From positions 34,224,001 to 34,288,000 of the forward strand of contig OX597842.1 in the NCBI GenBank assembly GCA_951406725.2: a stretch of DNA of 64,000 nucleotides, in the 5' to 3' direction. Below are positions 1-14,768 of this stretch, one piece after another; within the stretch, counting starts at the first letter, position 1, and every line of letters begins with the position of its first letter. Origin of the DNA: Octopus vulgaris (lineage: Eukaryota). A program made the translations under genes and the position numbers. The notes under the pieces were generated by a model. It worked only from the letters and a program-made list of their open reading frames with translations. It did not search any database and was not told where the DNA came from.

Positions 1-219
1 AGTGGTCGTCGTCGTCGTCGTCGTCGTAGTGATGAGGGTGTTGTCATTAGTGTGTTTATAATCAATAAAGGGTGAAAGTTGTTGGCTGAACCGGAAGTGG
101 GGTGGATTTCCAAAGACATTTAATCGTGTCCCTGTGTTTTATTATAGATTCCGAGATCAAATCCTACCGAGGTCATCTCTGCCTTTCACCCTGAAATAAT
201 CGAGCGGATCAAGGGTGGG

Positions 220-545
220 ATGGTGGAATGTTGTGGTGGAGATGTGGAAGAAGAGGAAGAGGAAGGGGAGGATAAGTGGAGGGGAGGAGAAGTGGAGGGG
301 AGGAGGGGGGAGAAGCGGAGGAGGAGATGTGGAGGAGTAGGAGAAGTAGAGGAGGAGGAAGAGGAGGAGGACAAGAAGAATTGGAGGAGAGGGAAGAAGA
401 TGGAGGAGGGCAGGAGGAGGAGTGGGGTAGGAGGAGGCGGAGTGGGGTAGGAGGAGGAGGAGGAGGAGGAGTGGGGTAGGAGGAGGAGGAGTGGGGTAGG
501 AGGAGGAGGGCATGGGGTGGATTGGGGCAGGAGGAGGAGGAATAA
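220..545. repeat. Purine-rich (GGA)n compound repeat with GAGTGGGGTAGGAGG units
   Basis: Direct inspection; it explains the Pro/Leu/Ser and Glu/Gly ORFs here. Confidence 0.9.
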
Positions 546-624
546 GTCCACCATTTCAGGTGGTGCCCCAGCATGGCCGTAGTAAAATGACTGGAGCAAG
601 TAAAATATAAAAGAAATTATATAG

Positions 625-738
<114 letters not shown>

Positions 739-877
739 GTAGATTGATTGATAGATACATAGGTAAATAGATAGATATACATCACGTGACCACGACTGAC
801 CATGGTATCAGATACTGTTACACATCGCTTGTCACAATAGATTATCTGTATATGTTTTGCTTTATTCTCATGCATAT

Positions 878-1310
878 CTTCTGGAAGATCCTGGAAGGTC
901 TTGTCCCAGACTTTAGCATCGAGAGTCACACAAACGCCAGAACCGGACGCCACTGCGTAGTACCAAGGACTCCAAATTTGCCATCAAGATGTAGGACAAG
1001 ATATTGTGATAGCCTGGGCTTCAGAGGCCCACGGCTCTTCAATGTCCTCCCGAAGAACCTGAGGGACCTGCATGGTGTAGATGCGGATGTCTTTAAAGTA
1101 GGACTGGATCTCTTCCTGTCAGGTGTCCCGGATGAACCAACTTCACGGCAGGAGGTGCAGATGAGGGCAGCTGCATCGAACTCTCTCATGCATCAGATGG
1201 CGTTTGCTAAAAAGCATTCGTGAGGTAAACCCGTGTAGCAAACCAAATGGCGGTGCCCCAGCATGGCCACAGCTCATTAGCTGAAACTAGAAAAATCAAA
1301 ATCAAATCAT
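878..1310 (+). mobile_element. CR1-group LINE, 5'-truncated: ORF2 C-terminus plus 3' UTR
   Basis: WKILEGLVP..GRHC..SLGFRGPRLFNVLPKNLR..FKVGLDLFLSGVPDEP resembles the post-RT tail of CR1/L2-group ORF2. Stop at 1223, then a stem-loop tail and short AAATC repeats. Confidence 0.8.
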
Positions 1311-1441
1311 ATAGCTACATATCTAGACATGCTCATATGTATTTAAACGATAAACTTCTGTAAGGTTTTACAGATTTTTATAGTTCCACTGATGGATTGG
1401 ATCTGTAATCTTCGAATTAGCTTTCTCCTTTCGGACTTTCT

Positions 1442-1730
1442 GTGTATGTATGTATGCATGCATGTATGTATGTATGTATGTATGTATGTATGTATGTATG
1501 TATGTATGTATGTATGTATGTATGTATGTATGTATGTATGTATGTATGTATGTATGTATGTATGTATGTATGTATGTATGTATGTATGTATGCATGCATG
1601 TATGTATGTATGTATGTATGTACGTATGTACGTATGTATGTATGTATGTATGTATGTGTGTTTGTGTGTGTGTATGTATGCATTCGTGTATGTATACGTG
1701 CAGATTTGTATGTTTTGCTTTATGTATGTA
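1442..1730. repeat. (TATG)n microsatellite
   Basis: Direct inspection. Confidence 0.97.
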
Positions 1731-1732
1731 GT

Positions 1733-1896
1733 CTCACTCTTTCTTCTTGTTCCTGTTGTACCTGTATTTCAAAGGAACCAGCCTTAAGAGTACACGTGTC
1801 TGTGGAGTACTCAGCCACTTGCACGTTAATTTCACGAGCAGGCTGTTCCTTTGATCGGATCAACTGGAACCCTCGTCGTAACCGACGGAGTGCCAC
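1733..1896 (+). mobile_element. 3' part of SINE-C (family of 47908-48295)
   Basis: Shares CACGTGTCTGTGGAGTRCTCAGCCACTT..TTTCACGAGCAGGCTGTTCC..GTAACCGACGGA with 48180-48285. Confidence 0.85.
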
Positions 1897-2096
1897 GTCG
1901 ATTTATGTATATGTATATATATGTATATAAATATTACACAGATACACACACACACGCACACAACAGGCTTATTTTAGTTTCTATCAACCAAATGGACCCA
2001 TAAGATTTTGGTTGGCCCGAGGCTATAGTAGAAGACATTTGCCCAAACTGCCACATATTGGGACTGAACTCGGAACCATGTGGCTAATATAAGTAA

Positions 2097-2536
2097 AATG
2101 AGACATACTAATCTGCATGGCCGAAACAGCTGTAAGATGTAATTTATATTTATATTTATTTATATTTATATTCTCTTATACATATTGGACATATTGTATC
2201 ACATTACTCTTTTATGTACTCTCCTTTATGTACACTGTTTTGTTCTATATTATTATGTTTGACCTTAAAGTTTCTTATGTGGTGGTTCAATAAATTATGT
2301 GATTGGGTATTATCTGGTAATTGATATTTGATTTGGATGTATTTCCCCATTTTCTTATTTTGCATTATGAATTTGTGGTAAAACATTTTACTTTGCCCAT
2401 ATAATACAGTAAATGAATTAATTGCATCGCAATCCTTAACATTTATGTATTAACTTTGTTGGGTACTTCACTAGCAGTATATTGGATATATGTTATCCCA
2501 TGGAGGGTTGCATTTACAACCCCTATCTCAATAATT

Positions 2537-2540
<4 letters not shown>
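2097..2540 (+). mobile_element. Penelope-like pLTR relic with the 3' half of a hammerhead
   Basis: GAAAC-AGCT-GTA-AGATG at 2123-2139 followed by AT-rich sequence; the 5' core is missing or degenerate. Confidence 0.4.
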
Positions 2541-2584
<44 letters not shown>

Positions 2585-2629
2585 CATATATATATGTATG
2601 TATATATATATATATTTATATTTATATAA

Positions 2630-2675
<46 letters not shown>

Positions 2676-2689
2676 GTGTGTGTATATTT

Positions 2690-2895
2690 TTGTTTGCCTG
2701 TGTTTGTTTCCGCTACTATCGCTTGACAACCGATGTTAGTGTGTTTACGTCCCCCGTAACTTAGCGGTTCTGCGAAAGAAACCGATAAAATAAGTACTAG
2801 GCTTACAAAGAATAAGCCCTGGGTTCAATTCGTTCGACTAAAAGGTGGTGCTCCAGCATGGCCGCAGTTAAAAGAATGAAAGAATAAAAGAAATA
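2690..2895 (+). mobile_element. SINE-A 3' half
   Basis: Matches the 3' arm of the full copies (e.g. 43830-44027). Confidence 0.9.
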
Positions 2896-3319
2896 TACAT
2901 GGATGGATAGATGGATAAGTAGACAGTTAGTTAACGAGATAGTTAATTAAGGAGATAGATAGATAGACAGGTAGACCAACGGAGAGTCAGATAGGTAAAA
3001 TATATAAGTAGCTAGATAACAGATAAGTAGATACATGGACAGAAAAACACACACAGAGCTAGACATATTAAATAGATAGAAAAGTAGATAAAGATATAAC
3101 TAGACGGACAGACAATGAAAAAAGAAACGGAGAGAATGAGAGCGAAGAAGTTTAGAAAAGAAAATGGAGGAAGACAAAAACAAGGCAAATATTATAAGTT
3201 TTTATTGTAGCAGACAACATCAGATGAAATCATGACTGGCTGTGATACACAGTTCACCATTGGCTGAAGCGGACGAACGAACAAACGCAACAACAAAAAC
3301 AAGAACGCCGACGACGATG

Positions 3320-3321
3320 AC

Positions 3322-3404
<83 letters not shown>

Positions 3405-3458
3405 TAATAATAATAATAATAATAATGATGATGATGATGATAATAATAATAATAATAG

Positions 3459-3551
<93 letters not shown>

Positions 3552-3598
3552 TGATGATGATGATAATAATAATAATAGTAATAATAATAATAATAATA

Positions 3599-3692
<94 letters not shown>

Positions 3693-3793
3693 CAATAATA
3701 ATGATAATAATGATGATAATGATGATAATAATAATAATAATAATGATGATGATGATGATAATAATAATAATAATAGTAATAATGATAATGATG

Positions 3794-3824
<31 letters not shown>

Positions 3825-3913
3825 TAATAATAATAATAACAATAATAATGATAATAATGATGATAATGATGATAATAATAATAATAATAATAATGATGAT
3901 AATGATGATGATG

Positions 3914-3989
<76 letters not shown>

Positions 3990-4078
3990 TAATAATAATA
4001 ATAACAATAATAATGATAATAATGATGATAATAATGATAATAATAATAACAATAATAATGATGATAATGATGATGATG

Positions 4079-4115
<37 letters not shown>

Positions 4116-4117
4116 TG

Positions 4118-4148
<31 letters not shown>

Positions 4149-4186
4149 TAATAATAATAATAATAATAATAATGATGATAATGATG

Positions 4187-4217
<31 letters not shown>

Positions 4218-4261
4218 TAATAATAATAATAACAATAATAATGATAATAATGATGATGATG

Positions 4262-4358
<97 letters not shown>

Positions 4359-4383
4359 AAACAACAACAACAACAACAACAAC
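3320..4383. repeat. (AAT/GAT)n compound microsatellite followed by (AAG)n and (AAC)n
   Basis: Direct inspection; source of the poly-I and poly-L ORFs. Confidence 0.97.
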
Positions 4384-5233
4384 GGCAATAATCTTAAGAG
4401 CAACAAAACAGACGAACGCAAAAACTTAAAACAGCTTTCAAGAATCTTTCGAGTTCTTCGGAAAGTACTTGGAATATACCTAAAAGAACCTACTTAAAGA
4501 ACTGCGTCGCGTTTCGGTTTTCAATGAAGGTTGCGTGTTTGTGTATGAGGAGGATTTTTTGTTGAAATCTTTGTGATTTCAGTCTGTCTGTGTGTCGTTT
4601 TTTTTCGTTTTTCTTCTTTTCTTTCCTCTCCGGTTCTCCGTTTTGTTTTGTCGCCCGACCGCTAGTTTCGTTCATTTTTTTTTTGTCTTGCGTATTTATT
4701 TCTTTTGTGTGTTTGTGTGTGAGTGTATGAGTACATATATGTGTGTGTGTGTGTGTGTGTGTGTTTGTTTTGGTGGTTTGTATTTTTATTGTTTTTTCTT
4801 CGCTTTTGTATTTGGCTTTGTGTTTTTGTATATCTATTTTTTATTTTCTTCGAGTTTTTTTTGCTAACAAAAGAAAGAAAGACCATATTCCAAAATGGTC
4901 GACGATTTACTGTCTTGTAATACTAATAATAATGCTAATACAAACACTCTTATATATACACCCCCACACGCATACACACACATATAACTCTTATAAGGTA
5001 TATACGTCTGTATATGTATACATCTGTTCATATATATATATATACATACACACATACGCATGAACTCAACTATAGATACATACATTTAATATTATCTGCG
5101 AATATATGTTTAAATATGCATATATGAGTATATGTATGTATATATAATTTAAGTGTATATATATATGTGTGTGTTCATATACAATCTACATGTATAAAAG
5201 TGTACGTACACACACACACACAGACACATATTT

Positions 5234-5276
<43 letters not shown>

Positions 5277-5749
5277 GATGGGCTTCTTTTCAGTTTCCGT
5301 CTACCAAATCCACTCACAAGGCTTTGTCCAAGATGCCAGGGAGTGGGACTGAACCCGCAACCATGTTGTAGTTGGGAGGCAAGCTCTTTACCACACAGCC
5401 ACACCTAGACTTATCAATATGAGCTGAAGCTTGAAATCACTGCAAAACCAGGCCAACCCATGGCAAAGGTGGAGCAAGCCCCACAGTAGAAGACACTTGC
5501 CCAAGGTGCCATGTAGTGGGACTGAAACTGGAACCATGTGGTTGGGAAGCAAGCGTCTTAGCATACAGTCTTTGAAGTTAATTCTAATGCCGAATTTGAA
5601 TTTTGTTTTGCGTGTGCAACGCTACTACACATCAGTAGATAGATTTTACGTTATTTGCGGCGATTTGTGTCGAGTATACGATGCCGATGTCCTAAAGAAC
5701 CTGCGAAATATCGTTATCTGTCGTTGTCGTTCAGCTAGAAGTGATTCGT

Positions 5750-7505
5750 TTCAACCACAACCACTACCACAGCCACCACCGCCACCACTACAACCACAAC
5801 CACAACCACTACCACAACCACCACCGACACCACTACAACCACAACCACCACCACTACAACCACAACCACCACCGCCACCACTACAACCACAACCACAACC
5901 ACTACCACAACCACAACCACTACCACAACCACCACCGCCACCACTACAACTACAACCACCACCACTTCCACAACCACCACCGACACCACTACAACTACAA
6001 CCACTACCACAACTACAACCACTACCACTACCACCACCGCCACCACTACAACCACAACCACTACCACAACCACCACCGACACCACTACAACCACAACCAC
6101 CACCACTACAACCACAACCACCACCACCACCACTACAACCACAACCACAACCACTACCACAACCACAACCACTACCACAACCACCACCGCCACCACTACA
6201 ACTACAACCACCACCACTTCCACAACCACCACCGACACCACTACAACCACAACCACTACCACAACTACAACCACTACCACGACCACCACCGCCACCACTA
6301 CAACCACAACCACTACCACAAACACCACCGACACCACTACAACCACAACCACCACCACTACAACCACAACTACCACCGCCACCACTACAACCACAACCAC
6401 AACCACTACCACAACCACAACCACTACCACAACCACCACCGCCACCACTACAACTACAACCACCACCACTACAACTACAACCACCACCACTTCCACAACC
6501 ACCACCGACACCACTACAACCACAACCACTACCACAACCACAACCACTACCACAACCACCACAACCACCACTACAACCACAACCACTACCACAACCACCA
6601 CCGACACCACTACAACCACAACCACAACCACTACCACCACCACAACCACTACCACAACTACCACCGCCACCACTACAACTACAACCACCACCACTTCCAC
6701 AACCACCACCGACACCGACACCACTACAACCACAACCACTACCACAACCACACCACTACCACAACCACAACCACTACCACAACCACCACAACAACCACTA
6801 CAACCACGACCACTACCACAACCACCACCGACACCACTACAACCACAACCACCACCACTACAACCACAACCACAACCACTACAACCACAACCACAACCAC
6901 TACCACAACCACAACCACTACCACAACCACCGCCGCCACCACTACAACTACAACCACCACCACTTCCACAACCACCACCGACACCACTACAACCACAACC
7001 ACTACCACAACTACAACCACCACCACTCCCACAACTACCACCGCCACCACTACAACCACAATCTCTACCACAACTACAACCACCACCGCCACCACTACAA
7101 CCACAACCACCACCACTCCCATAACTACCACCGCCACCACTACAACCACAACCACCACCACTACCACAACCCCCACCGACACCACTACAACAACAACCAC
7201 AATCTCTACCACAACTACAACCACCACCGCCACCACTACAACCACAACAACCACAACCACTACCACAACCACCACCACCGCCACCACTACAACCACAACC
7301 ACCACAAACCACCACCACCGCAACCACCACCACCACAACCACCACCATCACTATCAACTACACCAACAGCACCGAGAACGAAACAGGGGGCGCCATCGGC
7401 ACCAGCGCCACCACCGCCAATACCAACAACGCTACCATCATCACCACCACCACCACCACTATCACCACTACCACCGTTGCACCGCCGCCGCCGCCAACAA
7501 CAACA
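5750..7505. repeat. (CCA/CAA/CTA)n compound trinucleotide minisatellite with higher-order duplications
   Basis: The marker CCACTTCCACAACCACCACCGACAC recurs at about 5962, 6213, 6487, 6691 and 6960. Confidence 0.95.
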
Positions 7506-7659
7506 AAAGCCAAGAATGAGGCAAGATGGCGATGGACGTCGAGATTTTGCGCTCCAAACTAAAGCGAAAAAGAAACTCGTTGAAGGATGAACAAAAGTCC
7601 GTTAAGATGATTAAAAATTCACACACGATGTCGAAATACGTGCGAGTGTATATACATGT

Positions 7660-8990
7660 GAGTGTGTATAATGTTTGGGTGTATAATGTGTTTGTGCGGG
7701 GGTTTGCAGGGACGTGGCGTTCCATGTGCGAATTCGTGTGTTATGTGAATGTATATGGATGTGTGTGTGTGCGTGTGTGTATAATGTATATGTATGTATG
7801 TATGTATATGTGTGTGTATGTGTGTACAATGTGTGTGTATGTGTGTACAATGCGTGGTTGTGTGTGTATATATTGTTTACTTGTGGGTTGGTGTGTCTGT
7901 CTGTTTACAATGTAGGTTTATATGCACGTGTGTGTATGTGTGTATGTATATTTATAGTGTATGTGTATGTAGCCGTGTGTGTGTGCGTGTGTATAATGTA
8001 TATGTATGTATGTATATGGATATGTGTGTGTGCGTGAATGTATATGGATATGTATGTATGTATATGTGTGTGTGTATGTGTGTACAATGTGAGCTTATGT
8101 GTGTGTATATTGTTTATTTTTCGGTTTGTGTGTGTGTCTGTCTGTTTACAATGTACGTTTATATGCACGTGTGTGTATGTGTGTATGTATATTTAGAGTG
8201 TATGTGTATGTAGCTATATGTGTGTGCGTGTGTATAATGTATGTATGTATATGTGTGTGTACGTGTGTACAATATGTGCTTACGTGTGTATATTGTGTAT
8301 TTATGGGTTTGTGTGTGTGTCTGTTTAGGTTTATATGCGTTTGTGTATGTATATTTATAATGCATGTGTATATAGATATGCGTGTGTGCGTGTGTATATG
8401 TATGTATATGTGTGTGTATGTGTGTACGTCTGCTTATGTGTGTGTATATTCTGTATTTGTGTGTTTGTGTTTGTGTGTGTGTGTTTGTTTACAATGTATG
8501 TTTATATGCGTGTGTGTATAGTGTGTATGTATATTTATAATGCATGTGTATGTAGATATGTGTGTGTATAATGTATGTATGTATGCATATGTGTGTACAA
8601 TGTGTGCTTATGTGTGTGTGTATATTGTGTGTTTATGGGTGTGTGTGTGTTTGTATATTGTGTGTTTATGTGTGTGTGTGTGTGTGTGTTTACATTGTAT
8701 GTTTATGTGTGTGTGTATTTATAATGCGTGTGTATGCAGCTATGTGTGCGTGCGTTTATAATTTATATATGTATATGTGTGTGTATGTGTGTACAATGAG
8801 TGTTTATGTGTGTGTATGCTGTTTGTAGGAGTGTGTGTGTGTGTATTTTTAGAATGTATGTTTATGTGTGGGTGTGTATATTTATGATGCGTGTGCATGT
8901 TGCTATGTGTGTGTGTTTGCGTCTATAATGTATGTATATGTGTGTGTGTGTGTGTATAATGTGTGCTTATGTGTGTGTGTATTGTGTATT
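7660..8990. repeat. TG/TA-rich degenerate minisatellite with longer-period duplications
   Basis: Recurrent TGTTTACAATGTA..TTTATATGC blocks. Confidence 0.85.
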
Positions 8991-9049
8991 TAATATTACC
9001 TCCTTAGAAATAATCACCTTGCGCAGCAATACACATGTTTCAGAACATG

Positions 9050-9279
9050 CATGCATACACACACACATACATACATGCATACATACTTACATACATACAT
9101 ACATACAATACATACATACATGCATACGTACGTACATACATACAAACATACATACATACATACATATATACATACATACATACATACACACATACACACA
9201 TACATACATACATACATACATACATACATACATACATACATACACACATACATACATACATACATACATACATACACAG

Positions 9280-9310
<31 letters not shown>

Positions 9311-9427
9311 CATACATACATACATACATACATACATACATACATACATACATACATACATACATACATACATACATACATACATACATACATACATACA
9401 TACATACATACATACATACATACACAG

Positions 9428-9458
<31 letters not shown>

Positions 9459-9496
9459 CATACATACATACATACATACATACATACATACATACA

Positions 9497-9530
<34 letters not shown>

Positions 9531-9623
9531 CATACATACATACATACACACATACACACATACATACATACATACATACATACATACACACATACATACA
9601 TACATACATACATACATACACAG

Positions 9624-9654
<31 letters not shown>

Positions 9655-10023
9655 CATACATACATACACACATACATACATGCACACATACATACATACA
9701 TACATATATATATATACGTACATGCATACATACATACACACATACATACATGCATGCATGCATGCATGCATACATACATACTTACATACATACATACATA
9801 CATACATGCATACATACATACATACATACATACAGACATACATATATACACACACATACATACATACAGACACACACACATACATACATACATCATACAT
9901 ACATACATGCATGTATGCATGCATACATACATACAAACATACATACATACATACATGCATATATATATATATACATACATATATACATACATACATACAT
10001 GCATATATATATACATACATACA

Positions 10024-10059
<36 letters not shown>

Positions 10060-10239
10060 TACATACATATATACATACATACATACATGCATATATATAT
10101 ACATACATATATACATACATACATATATACAAACATACATACATACATACATACATACATACATACATACATACATGCATATATATATACATGCATATAT
10201 ATATACATACATATATACATACATACATACATACATACA

Positions 10240-10273
<34 letters not shown>

Positions 10274-10428
10274 CATACATACATATATACATACATACAT
10301 ACATATATGCATACATACATACATACATACATACACACATACATACTCACATACATACACACATACATATATACATACATACTTACATACATACATACAT
10401 GTATGCATACATACATACATACATACAT
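9050..10428. repeat. (CATA)n microsatellite
   Basis: Direct inspection. Confidence 0.97.
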
Positions 10429-10757
10429 AGGACACTGTATAATGAAATCCGTCGGAAGGATACCACCGAGGGCAAAGAAATAAGAACCCACAGTATGGTA
10501 TATGCCATAGCCACTCATAACGAAAAGGCGTACTGGTGGAATGTCCCAGTGAAAGCCTCAATACGGGGACATAAACACACCACCACCGGTTATCAAGCGG
10601 TGGCGGGGGTAAAACTCAGACGCAAAAAAACACAAGCATGGATATATACTTCTCTATGGTGCCTCGCAGAGGGACTGAACCCAGAACCAGGTGGTTGGTA
10701 AGCAAGCTTCTTACCACAGAGCCACGCTTGCACCTAATCCTTCCTCTTACCCTAAGA

Positions 10758-10788
<31 letters not shown>

Positions 10789-10858
10789 TGTATGTATGTA
10801 TGTATGTATGTATGTATGTATGTATGTATGTATGTATGTATGTATGTATGTATGCATG

Positions 10859-11400
10859 TCAGGTCACTTTTGAGTGCTACTGGTAACATGTAACCCAGTA
10901 CAACCTGTTGCATGGTCGGGTCGTCGGCGACTAAACCGGCAACCCCACCAAGCTTGCTTGGTGAGGAGGGTGTTTATTGGACACCCTGCGGGATGAAAAA
11001 CAAAACCTGTCAAAGGGCGGAGGAACTCTTAAGAGTCAACGGCCATCCCAAGGCTGTATCGTGCGCAGGGACATAGAAATAATCGGACTGAATACCCGAT
11101 CGCGCGGTTAAACCATTGTGAGTGAAGGACTCCTAGCCTTTGTTCGGGCATCCTTCTAGGAGAAGGTAACTCAGGTAACTGGGATAATTCCGACATAAAA
11201 CCTGCGGCTCAGTGGTTACCGATGATGTTGACTTTTTCTTCTTTTCGGATTATGACTGCTGTTGCTTAGTGAGTGGGATTGACTCAGTGCACAGCCTTTC
11301 CTCACTTTAAAAGAAATCTTCTTGCACAGGCATTGCACGATAACAACATTGATTCAGCTTCGTGCAATGGCCATTCTCGATAACGAGGGGGCAGCCCCCA
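10859..11400 (+). mobile_element. Putative non-autonomous RTE-derived element inside (TATG)n
   Basis: ORF-less, GC-richer 540-bp block with sharp microsatellite borders. AAAACCTGTCAAAGGGCGGA..GAGTCAACGGCCATC and CTAGGAGAAGGTAACTC resemble RTE 5' UTRs (from memory, unverified). Confidence 0.5.
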
Positions 11401-12275
11401 TGTATGTAAGTATTATGCAAGTATGTATGTATGTATGTATATATGTATGTATATATGTATGTATGTTGGTATGTAGGTATGTATGTAGGTATGTATGTAG
11501 GTATGTATGTAGGTATGTATGTATGTGTGTGTGTATGTATGTATGTAGGTAGGTATGTATGTAGGTATGTTGTATGTGTGTGTGTATGTATGTATGTAGG
11601 TATGTATGTATGTATGCATGTATGTATGTATGTTTGTATGTATGTATGTATGCATGTATGTATATATGTATGCATGTATGTATGTATGTATGTATGTATG
11701 TATATATGTATGCATGTATGTATGAATGTATATAGGTATGTATGTATGTACGTATGTATGTATGTATGTATTTATGTATATATGTATGCATGTATGTATA
11801 TATGTATGCATGTATGTATGTATGTATGTATGTATGCATGTATGTATATATGCATGTATGTATGTATGTATGTATGTATGTAGGTATGTATGTAGGTATG
11901 TATGTATGCATGCATGTATGTTTGTATGTATGTATGTATGTATGTTTGTATGTATGTATTTATGTATGTATGTATGTATGTATGCATGTATGTATGTATG
12001 TATGTATATATGTATGCATGTATGTATGTATGTATGTTTGTATGTATGTATGTATGTATGTATGTATGTATGCATGTATGTATGTATCTGTGTATGTATG
12101 TATCTGTGTATGTATGCATGTATGTATGCATGTATGTATGTATGTATATATATGTATGTATGTGTGTATGTATATATGTATGCATGTATGTATGTGTGTA
12201 TGTAAGTATGTGTGTATGTATGTATGTATGTATGTATGCATGCATGTATGTATGTATGTATGTATGTATGTATGT
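11401..12275. repeat. (TATG)n microsatellite
   Basis: Direct inspection. Confidence 0.97.
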
Positions 12276-12519
12276 GTTTTCTCTGTATGTATATCACAAT
12301 TTAACTGACGGCGGTCGCCATGTTTCATTGGCTCTGTTGTTTATTTATTTAAACTGTTCCAGTCTGAATAATGCGCAGACCCGACGGAACTTCGAAGTCC
12401 CTGTCAATAGAATTGTAATAAATATTAGACGAATCACATGAACGCAATCCCATATTCAGTCAATATTTGCGTTTTATGCATAAAAAAACAGCTATTTATA
12501 ACCGTTTATCAACTTGTGT

Positions 12520-12573
<54 letters not shown>

Positions 12574-12704
12574 TGTGTATGTACATAAACTCGTGTATAT
12601 ATACTTACGTATATATATGCGTGTAGGTAAATATATATATACACACACTTATGCATATAGATACTGTCATGTACATATATATATATATATATTCATATAT
12701 ATAC

Positions 12705-12813
<109 letters not shown>

Positions 12814-13042
12814 TATACAAAACATATATATTTATTTACATATATATATTTATATATGCATATTTATATATTCATGTGTGTGTGTGTGTGTGTTGTGTGC
12901 GTGTATATGTGCGTGTGGGGGGGGGGGGCTGCATGGGTATATAAGAATATCTATGTATATATGATCAATAGAAGGATAAATTTATACATACCTGTATGTA
13001 TACATACATACATACACACATACATATATGCATATACTTCGT

Positions 13043-13085
<43 letters not shown>

Positions 13086-13904
13086 GTTGAGAAATAGAAA
13101 GAGAGAGATGAAGAAAAAGACAAGCAGGGTGAAACGGGGAGAGAGAAAAAGAAAGAAAGAGCAAGAGAGAGAGAGAGAGGGAGAATTTTCTGGAAACAAT
13201 AATGGCGCTCTTTGACAAACACACAGGCAGAAAGAAAAAAAAATTAATAATAATAATAAAAAATAAGATAAAAAGACCCAAAAACAAACAAAAAGAAATC
13301 TATGAAAATTTCTCGCTGTTTTCTGTCAAGACGGAAATGGCGTTTAAGATAGGAAAGTACTTTAGTAAGAGAGGAGAGAAACAAGAAAAAAGGGAGTGAT
13401 AGGTAGAGTAGAATAAACACGCGGAGTGGGAGGGAAAAAATTTTTATCAACATGGCGCCCAGAAGATCTGTTGTTCGGCATTTTTTTTTGTATTGTTTGT
13501 TGTGGCTGGGTTTTTTTTGTCGTTTTTTTTCTTTGTTTTTGTTATGGATCTTGTTGTTGTTGTGGCTGGCGGTGGTGGTGTTGGAGGTGGTGTTGGTGGT
13601 GGTGGTGGTGGTCATGGTTGTGGCGGCAGCGTTCGTGTCGAGTAATTATTTTTGCTGTGTGATGTGATGTCATATTTTTATTGCCATTGTTGTTGTTGTT
13701 GTTGTTGTTGTTGGTGTTGTTGTTGGGTTTTTTTCTTAGTGGTGGTCGTGGTAGGGGGGGGGGGGGGGTTGTGGCGGTGGATTAAATGGTGGCCTATGAT
13801 ATTGGGAGTGAGGGTCGGGGGTCTGTGTGTGTGGTGGTGTGAGGGTTAGGGTTAATAATAATGATGATCCTGATATCTGTGATATTGTGCTGACTCTAGT
13901 ACTG

Positions 13905-14490
13905 GCGAAGGTGGTGGCGGTGGTGGTGGGGGTGGTCGTAGTGGTGGTGGTGGTGGTGATGGTGGTGGTGGTGGTGGTTGTGGTGGTGGTAGTGGTGGTG
14001 GTGTTGTTTGTGGTGGTTGTGAGTGAGGATGGCAATACTGGTGGTGGTGGTAGTGGTGTGATGGTAGTGGTGGTGGTGGTGATGGTGGTGGTGGTTGTCG
14101 TGGTGGTCGTGGTGGTCGTGGTGGTCGTGGTCGTGGTGGTCGTGGTCGTGGTTGTGGTGGTGGTAGTGGTGGTGGTGTTGGTTGTGGTGGTTGTGATAGT
14201 GAGGATGGCAATACTGGTGGTGGTGGTAGTGGTGGTAGTGGTGTGATGGTAGTAGTCGTGGTGGTGATGGTGGTGGTGGTTGTCGTGTTGGTCGTGGTGG
14301 TCGTGGTGGTCGTGGTCGTGGTGGTGGTTGTGGTGGTGGTGGTGGTGGTGGTGATGGTGATGTTAGTGGTGGCGGTGGTGGTGGTGGTGGTTGTGATAGT
14401 AAGAATGGGAATGCTGGAGGTGAATGGTAGTGGTGATGGAGGTGGTGGTGGTTGTGGTGGTGTTGGTGTTGGTCGTGATGATGATGATGC
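13905..14490. repeat. (GGT)n compound repeat with internal duplication
   Basis: GTGAGGATGGCAATACTGGTGG occurs twice (about 14023 and 14199). Confidence 0.93.
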
Positions 14491-14768
14491 TTGCAGTGTC
14501 CGTGTTATTCCTGTTCGGGTATCCGGTTCCCGACCGTAAAGTCGAGAGTTCCATACCCGGCAGTGCGTTGATTTCACGAGGATACAGTTCCGCTAAGCGG
14601 ATCCTCTGGAGCCCTCACCGTCGTAACGGAATTGGTAGCTTCAGTTCTCTGCATATAATGGATTCCCTGATTATATAAAAAGATTGGCCCCTTGTTTCTC
14701 TACGATTGGTGAAATTGATGTAGATAGCTCTGATGAGAGTCCAATAAGGTACGAAAATTGATCAAGGT

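Noticed and set aside
3236-3247. CTGGCTGTGATA, complementary to the miR-2 family 5' end (K box)
   Set aside because: The minus strand gives only a 3-nt-loop mini-hairpin, not a pre-miRNA, and there is no evidence of a plus-strand 3' UTR.
3192-4429. Poly-Leu and poly-Ile ORFs
   Set aside because: They are translations of the (AAT)n microsatellite.
5431-7590. 719-aa Pro/Gln/His-rich ORF and overlapping 592- and 540-aa ORFs (possible His-rich structural protein)
   Set aside because: It starts within SINE sequence and is open in several frames on both strands only because CCA/CAA/CTA repeats lack stops. There is no signal peptide or splice support.
8932-12441. Long HTYI / MYVC ORFs
   Set aside because: They are translations of (CATA)n and (TATG)n.
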